DNA of 64,000 nt from Polyangiaceae bacterium (lineage in GTDB: Bacteria > Myxococcota_A > Polyangia > Polyangiales > Polyangiaceae), in assembly GCA_965222375.1 (NCBI GenBank), contig CBDCTZ010000008.1:96001-160000 (forward strand), in the 5' to 3' direction. Below the pieces are notes generated by a model. The model worked only from the letters and a program-made list of their open reading frames with translations. It was not told the DNA's origin and did no database searches. Numbering within the stretch: position 1 is the first letter of the stretch; each line of letters begins with the position of its first letter. Below are positions 29,150 through 39,224 of this stretch, in pieces. The position numbers and the translations under genes were made by a program.

Positions 29150-29406
29150 AACGCCTCGTGTTGATGGGACTCGCCCTGAGCCTCGCTGGGCTCGGCTGCG
29201 CCAAGAAGGAAGAGCCCACGCCGGCTCCCACCGCGGCCCCGGCTGCCTCGGCCACCGCAGCGACGGCTACGGATGAAAGCCCCGCTACGGACGACTCCGA
29301 AGACATCCCAACGGAGCAGGATTTCGAGGATGAGGCGGAGCAACAGATCACCGCGTCCAATCTGGAAACCGAGCTCGACGCCCTTGAAAAGGAGATCGGC
29401 GAGTAG
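29146..29406 (+). CDS. Small acidic lipoprotein
   Basis: ATG at 29146 (ATGA overlap), lipobox GLGC, D/E-rich C-terminal helix. Confidence 0.8.
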   Translation: MKRLVLMGLALSLAGLGCAKKEEPTPAPTAAPAASATAATATDESPATDDSEDIPTEQDFEDEAEQQITASNLETELDALEKEIGE

Positions 29407-29473
29407 CAGCCAGCGGGCTGTTCAGGTCTGGCGCAATCAGCCGGCCTAGGTTAAGGGAGCCACGAAGGCGACT

Positions 29474-30874
29474 ATGCTCCGAAGACTCTCGTGGTTCCCT
29501 GTGTTGCTGGCGTTTGTCGCCTGCGACGACAAGAAGAAGGTAGACCCGGCCGGCCCGGCCAACAGTGTGTCGGCCTCGACGACGAAAGCGCCGCCCTCGG
29601 CCTCGGCCAGCGCGGCGCCAGTCAAGCCCAAGGGCCCAGACCGCCCGCTCAATGTGCTGATGGTGACCATAGACAGCATGCGAGCTGACATGCCGTGGCA
29701 CGGCTACGAGCGTAAGATCGCTCCGAACCTGACCAAGCTGGCAGAGAGAAGTGTCGTCTACAATCGAGCCTACTCCCCTGCCCCCTACACGGCCCAAACC
29801 GTAGCGGCGTGGCTCAGCGGCAGATACGCAAGCACGGTGTATCGCGCTGGATGGTTCTTCGCTGCCTATGCCAAAAGCAACGTGTTCTTCACGGAGGTGC
29901 TCCAGCAAAAAGGGATCCGCACCATAGGCTGGCATGGGCACATGTATTTCGGTCGCGGCAAGGGACTCGACCAGGGTTTTGACGAGTGGGAGCTGGCACC
30001 TGGGATTCGATTCGACCCCCAGACAGACAACGAGATCACGAGCGAGAAGCTCACCAAGCTCGGCAAAGAACTGCTGGGGAAGCCCGAAAACACCGGCAAG
30101 CAGTTCTTCGCGTGGGTGCATTACATGGATCCCCACGACCAATACATCAAGCACGCCGACAGCCCGGATTTTGGAAGGACGAACCGCGACCGCTACGACA
30201 ACGAGATGCACCACACCGACAAGTGGATAGCCGAGCTATTTTCTTGGGGTGAAAAGCAGCCCTGGTGGAAGGACACCGCCATCATCATCACCGGGGACCA
30301 TGGAGAAGCCTTTGGCGAGCACGGGATGTGGAAACATGCCTTCGAGGTTTGGGAGGTTCTGGTGCGCGTTCCCCTCATTTTGTACGCGCCGGGCATCGAA
30401 CCCAAGCGAATCGACGAGCGTCGCTCGAGCATCGATCTGGCCCCGACCATCATGGAACTCATGGGCCAGAAGCCCCTGGAGCAATTCCAGGGCAAGAGCC
30501 TGGTCAAAGAGGCCTATGGCGCAGAGCCGCCGGACAACCGGGAACCCATCGTCGTCGAATTGACCGAGGACAGCCACAACCCACCCCGCCGCGCGGTCAT
30601 CCAAGGCGACTACAAACTCACGGTGCATGGGCAGGGTTGGAAGCACCTGTTGTTCAACCTGAAGGACGACCCCGGTGAGGAGAAGGATCTGGCCAAGACG
30701 GAGCCGGAAAAGCTCGAGGAAATGAAGAAGGTTTTCGCGAAGAGGTACGAGACGCTTCCCTTCGTTCGGCCCTACGGGGGCATGAAGTTGCGCGGCGGAG
30801 GCACGGCCCGGGGGCCCATGGGTCCACCCAAGCCCAAAGACGAGGCCACGGAGGATAAGGGGGCCAAGCCGTGA
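29474..30874 (+). CDS. Sulfatase-like (alkaline phosphatase superfamily) lipoprotein
   Basis: IDSMRAD, PYTAQT, HYMDPH, GDHGEAFGEHG and VPLIL motifs. Confidence 0.9.
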   Translation: MLRRLSWFPVLLAFVACDDKKKVDPAGPANSVSASTTKAPPSASASAAPVKPKGPDRPLNVLMVTIDSMRADMPWHGYERKIAPNLTKLAERSVVYNRAYSPAPYTAQTVAAWLSGRYASTVYRAGWFFAAYAKSNVFFTEVLQQKGIRTIGWHGHMYFGRGKGLDQGFDEWELAPGIRFDPQTDNEITSEKLTKLGKELLGKPENTGKQFFAWVHYMDPHDQYIKHADSPDFGRTNRDRYDNEMHHTDKWIAELFSWGEKQPWWKDTAIIITGDHGEAFGEHGMWKHAFEVWEVLVRVPLILYAPGIEPKRIDERRSSIDLAPTIMELMGQKPLEQFQGKSLVKEAYGAEPPDNREPIVVELTEDSHNPPRRAVIQGDYKLTVHGQGWKHLLFNLKDDPGEEKDLAKTEPEKLEEMKKVFAKRYETLPFVRPYGGMKLRGGGTARGPMGPPKPKDEATEDKGAKP

Positions 30875-32229
30875 GGGCCTGGCTCTGGCCCCTCGTGCTC
30901 GCCGGATGCGCGGGCAGCCCCGGAGCCGCTCCACCGCCGCCTCCGCCTCAGCCGAACCCCCAGGCGCCGACGGCCAACGCGGCTCCGACGGCGGCGACGT
31001 CGAGCCCTGAAGCGAGCCAAGCCAAAAAGCCGGAAGCTCCACCGCAACCGAAGGGGCCCTTCAATGTGCTGTTGATCCTGGTCGACAGCATGCGTGCGGA
31101 CATGCCGTGGGCCGGCTACCCGAAGCCCATCGCTCCTAACCTGACCGCGCTCGAAAAACAGAGTGTCAGCTACACCCGGGCGTACTCCACGTCGAGCTAC
31201 ACGGCGAAGAGCGTTGCTGCGCTGCTTTCTGGCCAGTATCCGTCGAGCCTGAAGCGCAGTGGTTTCTTCTTCACCAAGTACCCCGCGAGCAATCTGTTCA
31301 TCGCCGAACTGATGCAAAAAGCCGGCGTATTCACCACCAGCGCCCATGGCCACATGTACATGAAGCGTGGCAATGGGATGGATCAGGGGTTCGATCTCTG
31401 GGACGTCGTCGAGGGGATCTCCTTCAACAACACCACGGACAAGCACGTCACCAGCGACAAGTTGACGCCCTTGGCGATCAGCATGTTGAAGAAGAAGCCC
31501 AAGGACAAGCCGTTCTTCTCCTACCTCCACTACATGGATCCCCACGATCAATACGTTCGGCACAAGGAGAGCCCCGACTTCGGCAAGTCGACTCGTGGCC
31601 GCTACGACTCGGAAATCTTCTATACGGATCTGTGGATCGGTAAGCTCCTGGATTGGTGCAAGAAGCAGCCGTGGTGGGACAAGACCGTGGTCATGGTCAG
31701 CGCGGATCATGGCGAAGCCTTTGGCGAGCACAAGATGTACCGGCATGCCTTCGAGCTTTGGGATATTCTGACCCACGTCCCCATGTTCGTGAAGATGCCC
31801 GGCGCTCCACCGCGACGCATCGACACACCTCGGGGCAACATCGACCTCGCGAAGACCACCTTGGAGCTCACCGGCGTCGCCGCCGACGGTCCCTTTGTCG
31901 GCGAAAGCCTAGTGGCGGAACTGAGGGGAGCGGAGCCCAAGCCCCGGCCGGTGCTGCTGGACCTCCCTCCGGACAGCAACAATCCCGAACGGCGGGCCTT
32001 GATCAGCGGCGACTACAAGTTGCTGGTCTACGGCCGAGACTGGAAGCTGGCGCTCTACGACCTGAAGAACGATCCCGGTGAGCTCAAGAACCTTGCCAAG
32101 AAAATGCCGGAAAAGTTCCAGGAAATGAAAAAGCTGTACCAAGAGGTCTGGGGCGGCGTGGTCAAAGTCAAACCCTATGGAGGAAACAAGCTCATGGGCG
32201 GTGGCGTTGCCAACGGGCCCAGGCAGTAG
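30871..32229 (+). CDS. Sulfatase-like lipoprotein, tandem paralog of the upstream gene
   Basis: VDSMRAD, SYTAKS, HYMDPH and ADHGEAFGEH motifs; lipobox LAGC. Confidence 0.9.
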   Translation: MRAWLWPLVLAGCAGSPGAAPPPPPPQPNPQAPTANAAPTAATSSPEASQAKKPEAPPQPKGPFNVLLILVDSMRADMPWAGYPKPIAPNLTALEKQSVSYTRAYSTSSYTAKSVAALLSGQYPSSLKRSGFFFTKYPASNLFIAELMQKAGVFTTSAHGHMYMKRGNGMDQGFDLWDVVEGISFNNTTDKHVTSDKLTPLAISMLKKKPKDKPFFSYLHYMDPHDQYVRHKESPDFGKSTRGRYDSEIFYTDLWIGKLLDWCKKQPWWDKTVVMVSADHGEAFGEHKMYRHAFELWDILTHVPMFVKMPGAPPRRIDTPRGNIDLAKTTLELTGVAADGPFVGESLVAELRGAEPKPRPVLLDLPPDSNNPERRALISGDYKLLVYGRDWKLALYDLKNDPGELKNLAKKMPEKFQEMKKLYQEVWGGVVKVKPYGGNKLMGGGVANGPRQ

Positions 32230-32728
32230 CTGGCTCCGCTACGGAACGCTTGGGGCGGCGCTCATTCTGGCCGCTTGCGGACCGCCGGCGGCGACGCCGG
32301 CAGCTGCCGCACCGTCCGCGGTGGAGATCCCGACCGCCGAGACCAGCGCCCCCGACGACGAGACACCGCTTCCCGAGGCCGTTCGCCGCCCGACTCCCAC
32401 GCCCGAGGAGGATCCTTTCGACTACTTCGTCGGTGTCTGGGATGGCGACGTGAACAACACCTTGCGCACCCAGCTTCTGGTTCAACCCAATGGCCAGTTC
32501 ACGGTGCGCTCCAAGGCCCACCCGCGACAAAAGGCATGCGAACTCAACGGCCGATTTCGCGCGGAGGCGTCGAAGATCTTCCTGGAAGTCGCGGAGAGCA
32601 CGTGCTCCGTGCAGAGCATCGGAAAGACTCTGGAACGTGATGTCGTCGACAAGCAAGACTCCGGTTTCGTGGCGATGAGTCCCTCGGGGGATCTGCGTAT
32701 CGTCTACCGTCGTGTTCCAACGCCATGA
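32201..32728 (+). CDS. Hypothetical lipoprotein
   Basis: Lipobox LAAC, Pro/Ala linker, FVGVWDG beta domain; start uncertain. Confidence 0.65.
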   Translation: MALPTGPGSSWLRYGTLGAALILAACGPPAATPAAAAPSAVEIPTAETSAPDDETPLPEAVRRPTPTPEEDPFDYFVGVWDGDVNNTLRTQLLVQPNGQFTVRSKAHPRQKACELNGRFRAEASKIFLEVAESTCSVQSIGKTLERDVVDKQDSGFVAMSPSGDLRIVYRRVPTP

Positions 32729-32754
32729 CGCCCATGGCAAAGAGGTAGACGCCC

Positions 32755-34047
32755 TCAAGCATAGGGCGTTGGGCTACGGGGTGGCCGGCCTGTGTCGTGG
32801 CGAGGAACCCAAAGCAGGAACTGGTCCTTGCCCAGTTCCTTGGCGCGATACATCGCCGTATCTGCCCGACGAACCATCTCTTTCGCGTCCATTCCGGGCT
32901 CGGAACAGGCCACGCCAACGCTGACCGTCAGATTCAACACGAGATCCCCCACCGCCAGCCCCTGGCGCAAGGACTGGATGACCCGCTCCGCCACCTGAAG
33001 CGCCGCATCTGTCGACTCGACGGTTTCCAAGAGCAGTGTGAACTCGTCGCCGCCAAGCCGGGCGGCGGTATCCCCAGCGCGACAAAGCGAATCCACACGC
33101 TGAGCCACTGCCACCAGGGCGGCGTCGCCGACGTCGTGACCATAGGTATCGTTGATAGTCTTGAAGCCATCCAAATCGATGAAAAGCAACGCCGACGACC
33201 CGGCCTTGCGGTCTTGCTGTGCTAGCGCGTGTTCCGCGCGATCCATGAATAGCGCCCGGTTCGGCAGTCCGGTCAGGCCGTCGAAAAACGCTTGGTGCAT
33301 CAGCATCTGCTCCAAGTCGTGGCGATCCGTGATGTCTCGGGCGTTGACCACGATTCCGCTCACGCTTGGATAGCCGACCAAGCTGTCGGCAACGGCTTCC
33401 AGGTAGCGCCACTGACCTTGCTTGTGCCGTACACGAAACTCGACCCGTACGTTGACGCCCGGCACGTTGCTCTCCACTAACGCGGAGCGCGCTGAAGCCA
33501 CGTCCTCGGGGTGCACGATGTCTTCGAGGCGGGCACCACGCACTTCGTGAGATTCGTAGCCGAGAACCCTGGATAGCGCGGGGCTCGCGTAACGGATCAC
33601 CCCGGCGCGGTCGAGCACCGCGATGATGTCGAGAGCGTTTTGCACCAGCGCCCGGTAGCGCCCTCGAGACAGCCGCAAAGCCCGGCACTGAGCTGTCGCT
33701 CGCTGCAGGCTTTTGACGCTCCGCGCGCACTGGCTGACCCGAAAGTCGAGGTCCTTCTGGTCCCCTCGCCACACGTCGAACACGCCGCTATCGAGCCAAG
33801 CGAGCTGGTCGGCCTCGTCCGGGTCCTGCGCCCAGATCACCACAAACAGATTGTCTCGAGACAGCTCCTCGAGAGGCAGTTGGGAAAACACCTCTTGGCC
33901 CACGATGACCAGAGTCGGGCCGGACGCACGGGCATCTTGAATCAGTCGCTGCTGCGAACTCAGCTGTCGCGCCACGAGTCCGGCGGCCCGGAGCGCGGCA
34001 TTGAGCCGCTCGTGCTCGAAGTCACACGCGAGCAAGAAACATCGCAT
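32755..34047 (-). CDS. PAS-GGDEF diguanylate cyclase with degenerate receiver-like N-terminus
   Basis: VHPED, DGLTGLPNR, DLDGFK.INDTYGH and RLGGDEF motifs. Confidence 0.93.
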   Translation of the reverse strand: MRCFLLACDFEHERLNAALRAAGLVARQLSSQQRLIQDARASGPTLVIVGQEVFSQLPLEELSRDNLFVVIWAQDPDEADQLAWLDSGVFDVWRGDQKDLDFRVSQCARSVKSLQRATAQCRALRLSRGRYRALVQNALDIIAVLDRAGVIRYASPALSRVLGYESHEVRGARLEDIVHPEDVASARSALVESNVPGVNVRVEFRVRHKQGQWRYLEAVADSLVGYPSVSGIVVNARDITDRHDLEQMLMHQAFFDGLTGLPNRALFMDRAEHALAQQDRKAGSSALLFIDLDGFKTINDTYGHDVGDAALVAVAQRVDSLCRAGDTAARLGGDEFTLLLETVESTDAALQVAERVIQSLRQGLAVGDLVLNLTVSVGVACSEPGMDAKEMVRRADTAMYRAKELGKDQFLLWVPRHDTGRPPRSPTPYA

Positions 34048-34076
34048 ACTTGAAGCGTCCGTTGCCGGACTTCAGG

Positions 34077-35111
34077 CTACTTGAGAACGGACGGAAGGTC
34101 TTGGTGGATTTGCTCCGCCGCGCTCGACAGGACCTCCGCGTGCCAGCGCGTATGCGCTGTCTGAGCGGTAAACCGGCTCTTTCCGTCTGGCGTCGCTGAC
34201 TTGTGTAGCGACAGCTTGCCCAAGCGGCGGCCACCCTTGGCGAAGAACTCGACGTTCACGAACGCTTCGGGTGCCGCAATTTCAGGAGGCTCGTAGCTCA
34301 TGATGCGCAGCTTCGTGAGCTTGTTCATCCAGTTACCGGCTGTCTCATCCTGAGTTTTCGGCGATTCGGAATCCGCCCACGCGCCTTTCTTATCGGCAAC
34401 CCGCACCAGCTCCCGCGAGCGGTCCGTCGCCTTGATCACGACCTTGGCGATTTCGTCATTCTCGAATCCGAATAGGTCGCGCTCGACCAGTCGAGATTCC
34501 GCGAACATCAAGTTCTGTGCGACGGACCCTTCAATGGCGTAGGCCTCGCCGCTTTCCAATCGGACGTAGCGGTCACCCCCGCCAGGCGTGGTGCCCCCGA
34601 TGACCAGACTATGCGTGGTGCTGCCAAGGGTGACTTTCAACGTCCCCGCGGGCTTGTCGAAGCCGAATTCCTCGTCCCGAGCGGCTTCCACGAGCCCCAA
34701 CGCCCGGAGGGCCATCAACGGAGCCAGACTCTCTGCGAGCTTGGTCGCTTGCTCTACGCCGACGAAACGTACCGTCTCCTTCTTTGGCGGCGGCGCTTTG
34801 GGCGGAGGGGGAACCGCCGCATCCGGGCCAGCGTCTACCCGTGGCCGTGGTGGCGGACGCATCCGAACGGTCTTTTCGACTTTGCCCTCGAAATAGGCCC
34901 CGACGGAGTCTTTGCGCGCCGAGAGGTGCACCGAGCGGTCCTCTGCCTCGAACTGGATGCTCTTCAGATCCTTGACGCGACCCGCCCAGACTTGCACCTG
35001 CGCCTTCTTGGCTTTCCTGGGCGCGTCTTCTTTGGTCCAGACCGAAAACGCCACTGCACAGGCCACGCCCAGCAGCAGCAGGTGCACCAAGAGTCCTCGG
35101 CTCGAGATCAT
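34077..35111 (-). CDS. DUF4340-like domain protein
   Basis: N-terminal TM, EFGFDKP, IGGTTP..YVR; fourth gene of the Gld-like operon. Confidence 0.75.
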   Translation of the reverse strand: MISSRGLLVHLLLLGVACAVAFSVWTKEDAPRKAKKAQVQVWAGRVKDLKSIQFEAEDRSVHLSARKDSVGAYFEGKVEKTVRMRPPPRPRVDAGPDAAVPPPPKAPPPKKETVRFVGVEQATKLAESLAPLMALRALGLVEAARDEEFGFDKPAGTLKVTLGSTTHSLVIGGTTPGGGDRYVRLESGEAYAIEGSVAQNLMFAESRLVERDLFGFENDEIAKVVIKATDRSRELVRVADKKGAWADSESPKTQDETAGNWMNKLTKLRIMSYEPPEIAAPEAFVNVEFFAKGGRRLGKLSLHKSATPDGKSRFTAQTAHTRWHAEVLSSAAEQIHQDLPSVLK

Positions 35112-37318
35112 TTCCGTGCTCCTTTGCGGCGACGGCGCGATACCCAGAAGCCCAGGCCGAGCACGAGGGCCGGTGCACCAAAGATCGTGGCGTAAAACCA
35201 GAGGGCGTCCTTTTCCTTGGTGTGCTCGATCCGCACGTCTTCTTCGGTATTCACCGCCCCGGAAAAGCTCTCTTCGCCGCCGAGCCAACGCAGAGCGTCC
35301 AGGAAAAGTACCTGGTTACCCAGGACGTTGCCCATGACCATGTCACTGAATGCGTCCGAGTCGGCCAACACGAAAGCGCGCATTTCGTCCGGCGGCGGCG
35401 CACCCTTCTTCTTCTTCTTCTTTTCGTCCGGCTCAGGCGGCTTCTTGACGGGTGGCTTGGTGGCTTTGCGAGTCACCGCAGCGGCAATGTTGAAAGTGGC
35501 GCCCTTCTCGCCTGGGTCTTCGCGGTAGTTCTTGTTTCGGTCTTGGAACGTGCCCGCCATGGCGCGGACGGCAAAGTCGACCTTCTCCGTAGCGCCCGCC
35601 GAGCGCTCGAAGCTGCCCGCGCCGAAAGTAACGACGACCGCGCGCGACGAGTTGCGACTCAGGGTGGAGACGGCTGCGTGGGACGAGAAACGGTTGGTCA
35701 CCAGCAGCGCGCGATCCGAGTCGTTGTACCGGCGCCGCACGTGTTGCCGAGCGTTGGCCAGTATAAAAGGCGAGTATTCGAGGCCCACGACTCGCGCCAG
35801 CTCGGCAAAGCTCTGTGCTGCGCCCGTGAGCACAGGAGGCGGCGGGCTTGGCGCCGCACTGCCGCTCGGAGCGGCACTTCCCGACGCAGCTGGGGGCGGA
35901 GCGGTCGGCGCGCTCGTGGTCGGCTGCGGAGCTGCATCGTTGCCCGGACCGGTAGCTTCCTGTCCTCCTGGCTTGGCGGCACTCTCTCCTTCCCGGAGCG
36001 CATCAGGATCGATAGCGATCAACAATTTGCCGCCGCCCTCCGAGTAGCGCTTGAGGGTCGCAATTTCTTCGGGCGCGAAGGGCTCGGTGGGTCCGAGCAC
36101 CATGACCACATCGGCATCCTCCGGCACTTGATTGCCAAGGCCTTGAGCCAACCCGAGATCTTTCACCAGATAGTTTTGCTTCTGGAGCAACGTTCGCACC
36201 ACGCGCATGTTCTTGCGGTTGGATTTGCCCGCAGATTGGTCGTTGAGCTCCCCGTGGCCGACGCTGAGGTAGACGGTCCGACGCGAGCGAACAAGCTTCA
36301 ACAGCTTCTCTTGGAAATCGCGATCCAGAGTTTTGAGCTTGGGTCTCGCATTGCGCTCGTCGGTGCCGATGCTCAGGGATTCCGTCACCCCCTCCCGCGA
36401 CAGCACCACCACGCCATCTTGGGTTGCGCGCAGCTCTCGGGCTCGCTTCGGGATCATCAGGCGGTCCTGGACCTCTACCTGCAGGTTGTCGGCGCCCGCG
36501 GCCACGCCCCGCAAGTATCGCTCCACCTCCGGGCGGATCTTGTTCACATCCGGGTAAAAGGCGATCACGCTGACAGGCTCGCTGAGCGAGGCCGCAATCT
36601 TCTTCGTGGATTCGCTTGGCTCGCTGGTCTTGAAGTAGGAATAGTCAGCCTTGATATCCAGCCCCTCTGCCGAGTAGACAAAGAGGGCGCCGTAGATCCC
36701 CGCAAGCACCAGGGAAAACCCACTGACGACGGCTGCGCGCACACGCCGGCTCTCGGGATTGGCAGCCCGGCGCATCGGAAGCAGCGCGGCTTCGGCAAAC
36801 AACATCGGCAGGACCGCCACGGCAATCAGCGAAATCCAGGCAATGCTCAACACGCCGAGCCAGCGCTCTTTTGCGTCCGGCTCCAGAGCAGCCAGGCCCA
36901 CTTTGTCCATGCCGGTTTCGGTCGTCACCGCGTAGATGGCCAGGGCCACGATACCAACCACCGAGAGCACCGCGAGCAGCGTCTCGATGTCTCGGCGCTG
37001 CCCGCCCATACGGTATTGCGGAACGAAACGGATGACCGTCGCTGCCAGCACGCAGACCACTCCGAGCGCCGTCACTACCGTGGTGGCCGTGTCAAAAGTG
37101 GCAAGCACTCGCTGGCCGACGAAGACCATGATCATACCGACGATGTAGAACGGCAAGACCCAAATCGGCGCCGACGCGCCAGCCCTCGGCGCCGCGCCGG
37201 GCGCCGGTGTCTCGTCCGCGGCCTCGGCGGAGCGGTCTTTGGTCGGCTGGTCCGTCTTGGAGTCAGCGCCCTCGGCGCTGTCGGCCTTCGTCGGCTTCCC
37301 GTCGTCGTCTAGCGCCAT
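35108..37318 (-). CDS. GldG-like ABC transporter auxiliary component
   Basis: N-terminal TMs, YLSVGHGE, VPEDADV..GP, GGKLL..DP, DSDAF and a C-terminal TM. Confidence 0.85.
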   Translation of the reverse strand: MALDDDGKPTKADSAEGADSKTDQPTKDRSAEAADETPAPGAAPRAGASAPIWVLPFYIVGMIMVFVGQRVLATFDTATTVVTALGVVCVLAATVIRFVPQYRMGGQRRDIETLLAVLSVVGIVALAIYAVTTETGMDKVGLAALEPDAKERWLGVLSIAWISLIAVAVLPMLFAEAALLPMRRAANPESRRVRAAVVSGFSLVLAGIYGALFVYSAEGLDIKADYSYFKTSEPSESTKKIAASLSEPVSVIAFYPDVNKIRPEVERYLRGVAAGADNLQVEVQDRLMIPKRARELRATQDGVVVLSREGVTESLSIGTDERNARPKLKTLDRDFQEKLLKLVRSRRTVYLSVGHGELNDQSAGKSNRKNMRVVRTLLQKQNYLVKDLGLAQGLGNQVPEDADVVMVLGPTEPFAPEEIATLKRYSEGGGKLLIAIDPDALREGESAAKPGGQEATGPGNDAAPQPTTSAPTAPPPAASGSAAPSGSAAPSPPPPVLTGAAQSFAELARVVGLEYSPFILANARQHVRRRYNDSDRALLVTNRFSSHAAVSTLSRNSSRAVVVTFGAGSFERSAGATEKVDFAVRAMAGTFQDRNKNYREDPGEKGATFNIAAAVTRKATKPPVKKPPEPDEKKKKKKGAPPPDEMRAFVLADSDAFSDMVMGNVLGNQVLFLDALRWLGGEESFSGAVNTEEDVRIEHTKEKDALWFYATIFGAPALVLGLGFWVSRRRRKGARK

Positions 37319-38031
37319 CGGCGTGCCTCCAGCGTCTTCGTCGCGGCGAGCAAGAAGAAGTACGTGACCGCCAAATAGTAGGTGGCGGCACCCAATTCCA
37401 AGATCCCGACCATGAAGGGTCGAAAATTCTCGTGGTGCAGTGCGAGAGCGGACAAGAACGTGTTGAGCGGCGGGTCCACCGCTCGGGCCAGGGCCCACAG
37501 CAGAACCATCGGCACGAGGATCAACGCTCCAACCAGCGCCGCAACCACCTGGGACTTCGCCAGCGCCGAGGCAAATAACCCAATCGCGATTGACGCTGCT
37601 CCGAGCAGCAAGAGCCCGAGATAGCCCACGGCGATGTGCGCTCCGCTCACTTTACCGTTCACCAGAATCAGAAGCGGCATGTAGATCGTCAGGGCGGTCA
37701 TCAGCGAAAGCACGCCAAAGGCCGATACGAACTTGCCCATCACGATCTCACCGTCACGAATGGGTGAGGTATTGAGCAGCGTCAGAGTGCCCAGCTGGCG
37801 CTCCTCCGCCAGCAACCGCATCGAGAGCACGATGGCGGCCACCATGGTGGTGCCACTGGCGCCGTAGAAGAACTCCTGAAGCACCTGAGCGGACAGCAGC
37901 TTCTCGGTCAGCCCCTTCCAGTAGAAGTAGATCCCATCGATCAAGAGCACGCCGGCGATCACGACCGCACCCAGGGGTGAGCGGAAGTACGCAAACAGTT
38001 CCCGGCGGGCGATGAGTAGCGCTTGGCTCAT
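37309..38031 (-). CDS. GldF-like ABC-2 permease
   Basis: IARREL..YFRSP, MRLLAEER..GTL, GKF; 6 TMs. Confidence 0.9.
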   Translation of the reverse strand: MSQALLIARRELFAYFRSPLGAVVIAGVLLIDGIYFYWKGLTEKLLSAQVLQEFFYGASGTTMVAAIVLSMRLLAEERQLGTLTLLNTSPIRDGEIVMGKFVSAFGVLSLMTALTIYMPLLILVNGKVSGAHIAVGYLGLLLLGAASIAIGLFASALAKSQVVAALVGALILVPMVLLWALARAVDPPLNTFLSALALHHENFRPFMVGILELGAATYYLAVTYFFLLAATKTLEARRWR

Positions 38032-39071
38032 GAGGCGCCCTCCTTGGCGTCGGACTTGTCGGTTGCTTCCGGAGCCTTGGCGCCCTCCTTCGACTTGGCG
38101 CGTCGCTTCCGGCGCCGGGACCGAGAGGGTGTTTCACCGCCACGGGAGAGCTCGAGGAAGACCGTCTCCAGCTCATGTTGACCACGGGAAAGCTCGAGCA
38201 GATCACAGCCGCTCTCGATCAGAGCGCGGCTCACCTCTGCGCGCACGTCCCGCTCGGCCACGACGAGAAGCTGCATGTCTGGTGCTCGTCCTTCAGCTTC
38301 CACTGTGTCTGCCGAAGTCACGCCAGGCAGCTGTCGAAGGACATCCAGTCCTGCGTTCACGGCGTCGCCAGAGCGAACGCTGACCTCCAGGCGCATCCCC
38401 TTCAGCAGCTTGGCAGAAAGTTCGGCTTCGGTGCCGCTTGCCACGATTTGACCATCTCGAATGACGAAGATCCTGTCGCAGGTTTCGCTGATCTCCGACA
38501 GAATGTGGCTGGACACCACGACGGTGTGCTCTCCTCCTAGGCTGCGCACCAAGTCGCGCATTTCTACGATTTGGACTGGGTCGAGACCGGATATGGGTTC
38601 ATCCAGCACAACGAACTCAGGCCGGTGCACGATGGCTTGGGCGATCCCGACGCGCTGTCGGAACCCATGGGATAGAGCGAAGATGGGTGTGTCTGCCTCA
38701 GCCCCGGTTTCGGTGAGGTCCATCGCTTCGCCCACCTGCTTCGTCACCTCGGCTGAAGCAACGCCACGCAACCGCGCCGCAAAGCGGAGGTACTCTGCGA
38801 CGGTCATCTCCGGGTACAGCGGCGGCGCATCAGGCAGGTAGCCCACCCGCTTGCGCACTTCGTGAGGCGCTTCCACCACGTCGATGCCTCCCACCGTGAC
38901 GCTACCGCTGGTTGGAAGCAGATCGCAGGACAACACCCGGAGCGTCGTGGTTTTGCCGGCTCCGTTCAGGCCGAGCAGCCCCACGATTTGCCCCTTTTCG
39001 ATTTCGGCGCTCAACGGGCCGACAGCGCGTCGATCGCCGTAGAACTTAGAGAGCTCTCGAATCTCAATCAC
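38028..39071 (-). CDS. GldA-like ABC ATP-binding protein
   Basis: GLNGAGKTT, LSHGFRQR, LDEP and SSH motifs. Confidence 0.93.
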   Translation of the reverse strand: MIEIRELSKFYGDRRAVGPLSAEIEKGQIVGLLGLNGAGKTTTLRVLSCDLLPTSGSVTVGGIDVVEAPHEVRKRVGYLPDAPPLYPEMTVAEYLRFAARLRGVASAEVTKQVGEAMDLTETGAEADTPIFALSHGFRQRVGIAQAIVHRPEFVVLDEPISGLDPVQIVEMRDLVRSLGGEHTVVVSSHILSEISETCDRIFVIRDGQIVASGTEAELSAKLLKGMRLEVSVRSGDAVNAGLDVLRQLPGVTSADTVEAEGRAPDMQLLVVAERDVRAEVSRALIESGCDLLELSRGQHELETVFLELSRGGETPSRSRRRKRRAKSKEGAKAPEATDKSDAKEGAS

Positions 39072-39224
39072 GGGGCGCCCGATACCACGAATCGCCCGCA
39101 GATTGAGCAAGTTGTGGGCAATTGTGGCCCCAAGCTCGCCTCCAATTTAGGCCCGCGGGCCGAACCGAGTCGGGCTGCCCTGCGTCGGCTTCGGGGATAC
39201 TGCGTGTCGGTGCATCCCGACGCC

